This document shows, in pieces, positions 48,030 through 56,552 of a stretch of DNA of 64,000 nt; position 1 is the stretch's first letter; every line of letters begins with the position of its first letter. Both the position numbers and the translations under genes were made by a program. Below the pieces are notes generated by a model. The model saw nothing but the letters and a program-made list of their open reading frames with translations, was not told the DNA's origin and made no database searches. Origin of the DNA: an uncultured Nitrososphaerota archaeon (GTDB lineage Archaea > Korarchaeota > Korarchaeia > Korarchaeales > Korarchaeaceae); assembly GCA_964618805.1 (NCBI GenBank), contig CAZUBM010000004.1, forward strand, positions 49,936-113,935, in the 5' to 3' direction.

Positions 48030-49334
48030 TCAGAAGGGTAATCTGAAGTCTCTCCCAGCGTATTTAGCAGATTTTCCAAGTTCTTCCTCTATTCTTAAGA
48101 GTCTGTTGTACTGGGCCACCCTCTCACTTCTGCAAGGAGCTCCTGTCTTTATCTGCCCTGAGTTAAGGGCTACTGCCATATCGGCTAGCCATGTATCCTC
48201 CGTCTGCCCAGATCTCTCCGAAACCTGTACAGCATAACCATGTCTGAATGCACAATGTGCGGCGTCAAGAGCTTCAGAGAGGGTTCCAACCTGATTGACT
48301 TTCCATAAGAGGGCATTTGCAGCTCCTATCTCTATTCCTCTCTTAAGACGCCTCACGTTCGTAGTGAAGAGGTCATCCCCAACTATCTGGATACCAAGGG
48401 ATTTTGTGAGCTCAGCAAAACCCTCGAAGTCCTCCTCCTCAAGTGGATCCTCAATTGATTGAAGCGGATAGACCTTGATTAGTTCCTCGTAGAAGTCCAT
48501 AAGTTCCTCCCTGCTTATCTTCCTATCCATAAGGGTATACTTCCCCTCCTTCTTATCATAGAGGTGACTGGCTGCAACATCAAGTGCTAAGACGAACTTC
48601 CCACCGTACCCTAACTCCTCTATAGCCTTAAGTTCAGCATCAAAGGCTTCTCTCGGATCCTTCATCTTAGGAGGCGTGTAGCCACCCTCATCAGCTACGT
48701 TAAGCGAGTGTTTCCCATACTTTTCAGCAAGCATCTTTCCCAGCTCGTAATAGACCTCTGCTCCCATCCTTATGGCATCCGAGAATGTCTTAGCCCCTAC
48801 GGGCACAATTATGTGCTCTTGAAAATCCAGCTCAGTAGCAGCAAGCTTTCCACCATTTATCAAGTTGAGGAAGGGTGCTGGCAGCACTCTAGCACTCGGG
48901 CCTCCAATGTAGCTGTATAGAGGGATGCCAAGCGTGTTTGCTGCTGCCTTCGCTACAGCTAGGGAAACCCCTACTATTGCATTTGCTCCCAGCCTTGACT
49001 TGTTCTCTGTTCCATCTAACTCTATCATCAGCTCATCTATCTCTCTCTGCTTTGTCACATCCTTCCCCTTTAATGCTGGACCTATCACCTCGTTGACATT
49101 CTGAACGGCCTTTAGCACTCCCTTCCCAAGGTATCTTCTTCCTCCATCCCTCAGCTCTAGGGCCTCGTGCTCCCCTGTTGACCTACCTACTGGGACGTCA
49201 GCTCTCCCAAAGCCACCTTCAGTAATTACATCGACCTCAAGGGTGGGCTCACCCCTACAATCCAATATTTCCCTAGCTCTAACAAGCTTTATCTCAAGCT
49301 TTCCCATTCTGGACATCTCACAGTTGTAGTCCAA
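48030..49334 (-). CDS. Enolase-family protein (divergent active site)
   Basis: AREILD.RG.PT, STG, DEGG, LDVAAS, IEDP, VGDD, KVNQ, IKTG motifs. His159 and His373 equivalents (yeast numbering) are substituted. True start is probably slightly downstream (MSRM or MGKL). Confidence 0.85.
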   Translation of the reverse strand: MDYNCEMSRMGKLEIKLVRAREILDCRGEPTLEVDVITEGGFGRADVPVGRSTGEHEALELRDGGRRYLGKGVLKAVQNVNEVIGPALKGKDVTKQREIDELMIELDGTENKSRLGANAIVGVSLAVAKAAANTLGIPLYSYIGGPSARVLPAPFLNLINGGKLAATELDFQEHIIVPVGAKTFSDAIRMGAEVYYELGKMLAEKYGKHSLNVADEGGYTPPKMKDPREAFDAELKAIEELGYGGKFVLALDVAASHLYDKKEGKYTLMDRKISREELMDFYEELIKVYPLQSIEDPLEEEDFEGFAELTKSLGIQIVGDDLFTTNVRRLKRGIEIGAANALLWKVNQVGTLSEALDAAHCAFRHGYAVQVSERSGQTEDTWLADMAVALNSGQIKTGAPCRSERVAQYNRLLRIEEELGKSAKYAGRDFRLPF

Positions 49335-49560
49335 AAGTGCTATTAACTTTTTTATCCTCCGCTATATCAACGCGTTTGCAGCTTATCTAATCAATGAGTT
49401 GAGGATGAGAAAGCTGTAAACTTCGCCTCTAGCTTGAAGCTTACTGTCTGTTCAACAGTTCTCATCACGGTTACTTCTAAGTGCAAATACCCATTTTAAT
49501 AAGGTTTTCGTAATTAATTGTTAAGAGATCATCTTTTCCTCAGTTGGAGGAGGCAGACCT

Positions 49561-50937
49561 ATGATAATTAAAAATGCTGAAGAAATACTCTCGCATGGCA
49601 ATACTAAGGGGAGAAGGATAGCCCTCGATATAATTGAGCATGCCTTGGCTGACATAGATAACTATAAGCTTGTTAGAAGGCTAATCAAGGTAAAAGACAG
49701 CATACTATTAGTAGGCCAGCTGAAGCTCGACCTTTCAAGGATCAAGAACATATACATTGTCGGGGCTGGAAAAGGTTCATCTTCAATAGCTAGGGGCCTA
49801 GAAGAGATCCTAGGGGACAGAATAGTGGAAGGCATCATAATTGAGAAAAGAGGGGAGAGGGAGAAGCTAAGGAAAGTTAGGGTTATAGAGGCAGGTCACC
49901 CGATCCCAGATGAGGACGGGCTCAGGGGAGCTATGGAGGTGGTTGAGATCGCTAGAAAGGCTGAAAAGGGAGATCTAGTATTTGCATGCATAACAGGAGG
50001 TTGTTCTGCCCTTATGACCTTACCAGCAGAGGGCATAAGTCTTGAGGATGTAAAGGAGGTTACGGATCTCCTGCTTAGGTGTGGTGCTGAAATACAGGAG
50101 ATAAATGCTGTTAGGAAGCATATCTCATCTGTCAAGGGAGGAAGATTAGCCCTTTACACACACCCAGCGGAGCTGGTAAGCTTAATAGTCGTGGATGAGG
50201 TCAGGGGGCTGCCCTGGGGACCTACCGTACCCGATATCACAACATTCAATGATGCAATCCACGTTTTGAAGAAGTATAATCTATGGAGGAGAGTTCCTGA
50301 GTCAATAAGAAGGCACCTCAAAAGGGCTGACCCCTATTGGGAGACTCCTAAGCCAGAGGACTTCAGAAGGATGGGAATAAAGGCTCATAACATCGTATTA
50401 GCAAATAGCGATACAGTCTGCGAAGCCGCTGAGAAGAGAGCGAAAGAATTAGGGCTTAAAGCTATGATATTATCCACGATTATGGAGGGAGAGAGCAGGG
50501 AGGTTGGAGTAGCTTTAGCTGGCATAGCTAAGGAAATAGAGAGAAGCGGGAGACCTATAGAGCCTCCCTGCGTGCTGATAGTTGGTGGAGAGACCACAGT
50601 TACCATAATGGGAGAGGCAGGGGAAGGCGGGAGGAACCAAGAGTTTGCCCTAGGTGCAGCTCTGAAGATAGATGGTAGCGAGAATATAGTGATAGCCTCG
50701 ATAGGAACCGATGGGACTGATGGGCCTACGGATATAGCTGGAGCAATTGTTGACGGGCAGACTATCAGGAGAGCAAAGAAGAAGGGAATAGATTTATATG
50801 AACAGCTAATGAAACACAACTCAGCCTATGTCTTTAGAGAGCTAGGTGATGCCATATTTACAGGGCCTACAGGAACGAACGTGATGGATCTTAGGCTTCT
50901 GATTGTGCTGGGTAAAAAGCGCGAGCGCGCGCTCTAA
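49561..50937 (+). CDS. Glycerate 2-kinase (MOFRL family) homolog
   Basis: GAGK, AGHPIPD, GG.SAL, VRKHIS.VKGG, GGETTV, GGRNQE, GTDGTDG, TGTNVMD motifs. Confidence 0.88.
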   Translation: MIIKNAEEILSHGNTKGRRIALDIIEHALADIDNYKLVRRLIKVKDSILLVGQLKLDLSRIKNIYIVGAGKGSSSIARGLEEILGDRIVEGIIIEKRGEREKLRKVRVIEAGHPIPDEDGLRGAMEVVEIARKAEKGDLVFACITGGCSALMTLPAEGISLEDVKEVTDLLLRCGAEIQEINAVRKHISSVKGGRLALYTHPAELVSLIVVDEVRGLPWGPTVPDITTFNDAIHVLKKYNLWRRVPESIRRHLKRADPYWETPKPEDFRRMGIKAHNIVLANSDTVCEAAEKRAKELGLKAMILSTIMEGESREVGVALAGIAKEIERSGRPIEPPCVLIVGGETTVTIMGEAGEGGRNQEFALGAALKIDGSENIVIASIGTDGTDGPTDIAGAIVDGQTIRRAKKKGIDLYEQLMKHNSAYVFRELGDAIFTGPTGTNVMDLRLLIVLGKKRERAL

Positions 50938-51250
50938 CTTCTAAATTCAACTTTAAAGATCCTTGATATTTGCTGGTAATAATCTAGACAATTGTTAGGG
51001 CTCTGAGTAATTTAGAAAGCATAAGGTGAGTCATTTCAACCTTCACCTTCTTCTAAATAGAGAGGTTGTGCTATAATTACTACTCTTTTCACCTAAGAGC
51101 TGTTAAAAGAGATTTTCCTATAAATGCAAGTGCTTTTTTCTTAATTCACGAACCAGAGGTCAATCATCACATATCAGAAGATAATAAATTGCTAAGCATG
51201 ATTTCAGTTCTCTTAAAAGATTTTTAATTTACTCTATTAAGAAAGTTCCT

Positions 51251-52585
51251 ATGGCAAAGATACCTTCAATTGTAGTTGAGCCCCCTGGCCCTAAAGCTAA
51301 GGAACTTATCAAGAGGGATAATAGATTCCTCTCCCCCTCTCTTACAAGGACGAGTCCTTTAGTAGGAGTCGAAGCAGAGGGTGTCTGGGTAAAGGATATA
51401 GATGGAAACATATATCTTGACTTTGGTTCTGGGATTGCTGTCGCAAGCGTTGGGCACAGGCACCCAAGGGTAGTGCAGACCATTAAGGAACAGGTAGAGA
51501 AACTAATTTTTGTCAATAGCTGTGACTATTACACAGTCCCACAAGTAGACCTAGCTGAAAAGCTATTCCAAATAACGCCTGGAAACTTCCAAAAAAGAGT
51601 TTTCTACGGTAATAGTGGGACTGAGGCTGTAGAATGTGCTCTCAAGGTGGCAAAGTGGCACACAAGGAGATTTTACTTCATAAGTTTCATTAATTCCTTC
51701 CATGGAAGGACATTAGGCTCTCTTGCCTTCACAACAACTTCTCTTTCGGCTAGGGAGGGCTTCCAGCCTATGATGCCTGGAGTTATCTATACCCCCTATG
51801 CATACTGTTATAGGTGTCCTTTCAAGCTGGAATACCCTGAGTGTGGGATCTGGTGCCTTGATTTCTTAGAGGAGCAGATATTTGGTCATGTGGCACCTCC
51901 CAAAGAAGTAGCTGGAATTCTCTTCGAACCTATACAGGGAGCTGGCGGCTACATAGTTCCACCTCCAGAGTTCATTCAAGGACTTAGGAGAATAGCCGAT
52001 GAGCATGGGATATTACTGATAGACGATGAGGTTCAGGCGGGGATGGGAAGAACAGGCAAGTGGTGGGCGATAGAACACTTTAAAGTTACTCCAGACATAA
52101 TCTGCATAGCTAAGGCCCTAGCTGCCGGTTTTCCAATTGGAGCTTGTATCTCTAGAGCAGATACGATGGATTGGCAGCCCGGAGCTCATGAAAATACGCT
52201 AGGCGGGAATCCAGTGCTTTGTAGAGTTGCTCTCACTGTGATAGATATAATAGAGAAGGAGAGGCTGATGGAGAACGCAGCTAAGATTGGAGAATATATG
52301 ATGAAGAGGTTTAGGGAGATGATGGATTCCTATGAAACAATAGGGGATGTAAGAGGGAAGGGATTGATGCTAGGTATAGAGTTCGTTAAGGATAGGAGAA
52401 CTAAGGAACCTCACATTGAGGCTAAGAGAAAGGTTATAGAAAAAGCATTTAAGAAAGGACTGCTGTTGCTCGGGGCAGGGAAATCAGGCCTTAGAATAGC
52501 ACCTCCCCTGATAATAACAGAAGAGGAGGTTGACGTAGGGTTAAATATATTCGAGGAGGTTCTCAAAGAGATAGGGCTACCCTAA
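51251..52585 (+). CDS. Class III PLP aminotransferase
   Basis: SGTEA, SFHGRT, EPIQGAGG, DEVQAGMGRTG, AKAL motifs. Confidence 0.9.
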   Translation: MAKIPSIVVEPPGPKAKELIKRDNRFLSPSLTRTSPLVGVEAEGVWVKDIDGNIYLDFGSGIAVASVGHRHPRVVQTIKEQVEKLIFVNSCDYYTVPQVDLAEKLFQITPGNFQKRVFYGNSGTEAVECALKVAKWHTRRFYFISFINSFHGRTLGSLAFTTTSLSAREGFQPMMPGVIYTPYAYCYRCPFKLEYPECGIWCLDFLEEQIFGHVAPPKEVAGILFEPIQGAGGYIVPPPEFIQGLRRIADEHGILLIDDEVQAGMGRTGKWWAIEHFKVTPDIICIAKALAAGFPIGACISRADTMDWQPGAHENTLGGNPVLCRVALTVIDIIEKERLMENAAKIGEYMMKRFREMMDSYETIGDVRGKGLMLGIEFVKDRRTKEPHIEAKRKVIEKAFKKGLLLLGAGKSGLRIAPPLIITEEEVDVGLNIFEEVLKEIGLP

Positions 52586-52889
52586 CCATGCCGTTATAGG
52601 AAATTAGGATAATAGAATACGGTCGTTAATTCTGTCCATTTTCCTGCAATTTGTTACGTTTTATAGTATTGCCATCAAGAGCTACTAATTTGCCTTCCTA
52701 AATCATTCACAACGACCTTTTCTCAAAGAAGAAAAATTTAAGAAGTTAATTTTAAAAAGTAAAAATCAGTAGCATAGTTAATTTTAGTTTATTTATCCTC
52801 CTGTGCTTTTTTATTTTCTGAAAAGCTGAAAAAGAAGCTATTCTTCAAACATTAATATTTTATATTAGGCTGATTGCCATCGAGGAGAG

Positions 52890-54182
52890 ATGTTCGTTAA
52901 GAAGCTTAAGTGTGCAAGATGTGGGGAGGAGCACGGGCCTGAGGAGAAAGTTTTCTACTGCAGTAAGCTAGATGGTAGGTTAGACATCTATTACGACTAT
53001 GATGCAATATCCAATGTGTTAAGCAGGGAAGAGTTAAGCAGAAGGAAAGCAGGGACGTGGAAGTACACAGAACTCCTGCCAATAAAGAAGGGAACTAAAG
53101 TGGTGGATTTGGGAGAGGGAAACACACCTTTGATCAAATGCGATGACCTAGGAAGAGCAATAGGCCTCAGAAACCTATATGCAAAAGACGAGACGAGGAA
53201 TCCAACTTGGTCATTCAAGGACAGGCCGATGAGCGTAGGAGTAGCTAAAGGAATAGAATTCGGTGTAAAGACTGCGGTGATAGCATCGTCAGGAAATGCA
53301 GCGGCTGCTCTAGCTGCCTTTTGCGCAAAGGCAAACATAGAATGCGTTACATTCGTTCCGCATTTTGCTGGAGCTGGAAAGGTTGCTCAGCTGATGCTTT
53401 ACGGTGCAAAGGTTGTGAGGTTGAAGTGGGAGGAGGGAGAGGATCCAACGGTAAAGATGATGCTTGAAACTAGCCAGAAGTATGGATGGTATCCATGTCC
53501 CAGCTTCGGGCCATTTAATCCCTATCAGTTCGAAGGGAACAAGACGATGGCTTATGAAATATGCGAACAGTTCGGTTGGGAGACTCCAGACTGGTTATTC
53601 ATTCCAGTCGGAGGAGGAGGTCTGCTAGCAGGGAACTGGAAGGGCTTTAAGGAGTTCCAAATGTTGGGCTTCATAAGTTCGCTTCCAAAGATAGTTGCAG
53701 TGCAGTCAACTGGCTGTGCTCCTTTAGTAAGGGCCTATGAGCAGGGAAAGGGTCCATTTGAGATAGAGCCATGGGGTAAGCCTGAAACCATAGCTACAGG
53801 ACTTGAGGATCCATTTCCTTGGGATGGTGATGCAGCATTAAGTGCTATAAGAGAATCTGGAGGAACTGCAGTATCTGTAACAAATGAAGAGATACTTGAG
53901 GCACAAAAGCTCCTTGCCAAGGAGGAAGGGATCTTTGCCGAGCCTTCAGGGGTTGTGTCATTAGCTGGGTTGATGAAGTTGCTTGATAGTGGTATGATCG
54001 ATAGCGGAGACCTAATAGTCGTAGAGATAACGGGAAGCGGGCTAAAGGATCCTGATGTTGTATCAGAACACTTGGGACTCCCACCAGTAATCGAACCAAG
54101 GATAGAGGTTGTAGATTCGTATTTGAAAGATAGCTTGCGGACTAATTGTCAAAGAAGTTATGATACAAAGGAGCTATTATGA
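52890..54182 (+). CDS. Threonine synthase-like fold-type II PLP enzyme
   Basis: N-terminal Zn ribbon, LGEGNTPL, NPTWSFKDR, SSGN, PVGGGG, EGIFAEP, TGSGLKD motifs. Confidence 0.85.
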   Translation: MFVKKLKCARCGEEHGPEEKVFYCSKLDGRLDIYYDYDAISNVLSREELSRRKAGTWKYTELLPIKKGTKVVDLGEGNTPLIKCDDLGRAIGLRNLYAKDETRNPTWSFKDRPMSVGVAKGIEFGVKTAVIASSGNAAAALAAFCAKANIECVTFVPHFAGAGKVAQLMLYGAKVVRLKWEEGEDPTVKMMLETSQKYGWYPCPSFGPFNPYQFEGNKTMAYEICEQFGWETPDWLFIPVGGGGLLAGNWKGFKEFQMLGFISSLPKIVAVQSTGCAPLVRAYEQGKGPFEIEPWGKPETIATGLEDPFPWDGDAALSAIRESGGTAVSVTNEEILEAQKLLAKEEGIFAEPSGVVSLAGLMKLLDSGMIDSGDLIVVEITGSGLKDPDVVSEHLGLPPVIEPRIEVVDSYLKDSLRTNCQRSYDTKELL

Positions 54183-54285
54183 CTCTTGCTAGAAATAATA
54201 CTAGACCGCCGTTTTTCCTTGGAAAACCTCTTGTTATTCTTCTCAAGCGATTCCCTGCGATCTTATCTACTGCTAAGTAGATAAT

Positions 54286-54618
54286 CTAAATTTCCCTCAT
54301 TTCATCTATGAACCTTTTATACCAGCTGTTGAATTCATCTGCAGTAGCTATATGAATCTGAACTGGCACATCCAAACCTATCCTCTTTATTATATCTGTT
54401 TTTAGCTTGATTGCCTCGCTCCTATCAATATTACACACTATCAAAATGTCAATGTCGCTGAGGGCCGTTACTCTGCCCTTTAGAACCGAGCCAAATAGGT
54501 AAACACTAGCGTCTTTGAACTTCTTCCTTACTAAGGATTTTATTGTTAGGGCAATCTCTTCATATCTCTTTAGGTATTCTAAGGTTCTCTTCCCAAAGTC
54601 CACGTATTGGTCAAACAC
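54286..54618 (-). CDS. Minimal nucleotidyltransferase (MNT antitoxin)
   Basis: FGS-x10-DID motif. Confidence 0.88.
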   Translation of the reverse strand: MFDQYVDFGKRTLEYLKRYEEIALTIKSLVRKKFKDASVYLFGSVLKGRVTALSDIDILIVCNIDRSEAIKLKTDIIKRIGLDVPVQIHIATADEFNSWYKRFIDEMREI

Positions 54619-54991
54619 TTTCTAGGACCTCCTTGAACCTGTCCGCGAAAGCTATCAGTTTTTCAACCTCCTTTCTCTCATATCTCCTAGGAAGATATCT
54701 TGCCGCTATGTAAATATCTTCTAACCTAGTCAGGAACATGATTTCATCTTCTATAAAGGAAGATAAGTCCTTTTCGGTCGCTTTGTCCAATTCTCTCATT
54801 AATCTTATCAAAGAATGAGTTCTAGGATATGTTCCCGTTTTAACTAAGAGTTTATACTTCAGAAAGAGTTGAGAAAATTGCTCCACATTAAAGGCAGCAA
54901 GATCATATTCTCCCTCTTCAAATAGTCTTTTTGCATTCCTAAGAAAAGAATAAGCACGATCTTTTATTATTTCAGCATCTTTTATCGACAA
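54611..54991 (-). CDS. HEPN domain protein
   Basis: YDLAAFNVEQ..QL.LK, YPRTHSL, YIAARY; overlaps the MNT gene. Confidence 0.88.
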   Translation of the reverse strand: MSIKDAEIIKDRAYSFLRNAKRLFEEGEYDLAAFNVEQFSQLFLKYKLLVKTGTYPRTHSLIRLMRELDKATEKDLSSFIEDEIMFLTRLEDIYIAARYLPRRYERKEVEKLIAFADRFKEVLESV

Positions 54992-55392
54992 TTCGAATTA
55001 CAAGGGTTGAATCGTATATTAAAGCTTTTCAAGAGGAAGTTTCTCCGATCTTTCCTAGAAAGTAATAGCCCACGCCTTGAACCTTAAAGAATTCAAAGAT
55101 ATCTGAGTTAGAAAAAGATCGATCATACAATTCGAATTTAGATGGAAGCTCAAGGATCTAACTAAAAACCGGTAAAATTAAGGATTAAATCATGATGAAC
55201 TGCTAGCCCTAAGATTTTCTTTAATGAGTTTCCACAACCTTTTCGCGGTTTTATCGATACAAAGATTGATAAGATGACCTTAATCCAATAACATCTGAAT
55301 TATAGGTAGCACTATTGGGAAGTATCAACTATTAATTGTTAGACGAGGGATTTTACTATGTCGTGTAATTTGACATACCTAGGGGTGATCTT

Positions 55393-56421
55393 ATGAGCGA
55401 ATTATACGGGAAGGACCTAATAACTACCCAGGAATGGACCCTTGACGAGCTCGTTGAGGTGATTAAGCTAGCTGAAAAGATTAAATCGATAATGCGAAGG
55501 GGAGAGAGGCCTCCAAGGATTCTTGATAGAAAAGTCTTCTTCATGATATTTTATGCCCCATCAACCAGGACAAGAGGGGCGTTTGAAGCCGGAATGGAAC
55601 TGTTAGGCGGGCATGCTCCATATATAGATGTGACGACCACCAGGATAAGGGCAGGAGAAGCTGTAAAAGATGTGGCAAAAATGTACGATCTATACGGAGA
55701 TGGAATCGGCGTAAGGGTTCTTGATAAGGCGATAGACTTTAGGTATGGGGAAGGACAGAAGATAATGAGACAATTCGCTGATGTGGCAAAAGTCCCGGTC
55801 ATCAACATGGCTGACGATACATATCATCCTACTCAAGCTTTGGGTGATATAATGACAGTTATTGAGAAGCTTGGTGAGCTTCAAGGTAAGAAGTACACCA
55901 TAACTTGGGCATATTCCAGCAGGTTAAGGGGCCTATGTAGCATCCAATCAGAGGTGCTAATTGCATCAAGGTTTGGGATGGACGTAACGGTTGCTCACCC
56001 TCCAGGATTTGATTTGGATCCTAAAGTAGTTGAGATGGCAAAGAAGAACGCTGAAGATGCGGGAGGATCCTTCGAAATAGTCCACAACTTTGAGGAAGGA
56101 CTAAGAGGAGCAAATGTTGTGTTTCCGAGAAGCTGGGTAACTTGGGAGCTTCAGAAGGTTGGAGCTACAGCATTTGGCCAGGAAAGGGAGATAGAGATTC
56201 ACAAAAAGTACAAGAACTGGAGACTTGAACAACATCATGTAGATGACTTAATGGCAAAACCAGCCTTCGTCACTCACGTACTACCTGTATTTAGGGGAGA
56301 GGAAGCTACTGACGATGTCATGGATGGACCTAACTCCGTAATATACGAGCAGGCAGAGAACAATCTATACGCTAAGATGGCAGTCCTTGCGCTTATGATG
56401 GCTAAAGAAATCCCAATATAA
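55393..56421 (+). CDS. YgeW/AOTCase-like transcarbamylase
   Basis: STRT and HPTQ; ITWAYS...RFGMDVTVAHP.G...PRSW segment as in YgeW; HVLP in place of HCLP. Confidence 0.8.
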   Translation: MSELYGKDLITTQEWTLDELVEVIKLAEKIKSIMRRGERPPRILDRKVFFMIFYAPSTRTRGAFEAGMELLGGHAPYIDVTTTRIRAGEAVKDVAKMYDLYGDGIGVRVLDKAIDFRYGEGQKIMRQFADVAKVPVINMADDTYHPTQALGDIMTVIEKLGELQGKKYTITWAYSSRLRGLCSIQSEVLIASRFGMDVTVAHPPGFDLDPKVVEMAKKNAEDAGGSFEIVHNFEEGLRGANVVFPRSWVTWELQKVGATAFGQEREIEIHKKYKNWRLEQHHVDDLMAKPAFVTHVLPVFRGEEATDDVMDGPNSVIYEQAENNLYAKMAVLALMMAKEIPI

Positions 56422-56552
56422 CGCTTAACTAATCTTATTAGGATCCAATGAGAGCTAAAAGCAATCCAATATCTCAGATATCATAAGAAAGACAATTTTC
56501 CACTTTTAATCCACAACTTTTAAAATACATCTGGGAGTCCACAGCGATTTAT

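Noticed and set aside
49400-49470. GTGATGA on minus strand and GATGAGAA/TTCTCATC inverted repeat as a C/D sRNA
   Set aside because: No terminal CTGA box D at a suitable spacing.
51011-51057. Imperfect hairpin TTTAGAA..AAGGTGA..TCACCTT..TTCTAAA as a MITE or ncRNA
   Set aside because: Single copy, bulged, no target-site duplication.
55192-55250. ATGATGA box C candidate
   Set aside because: No matching D box.
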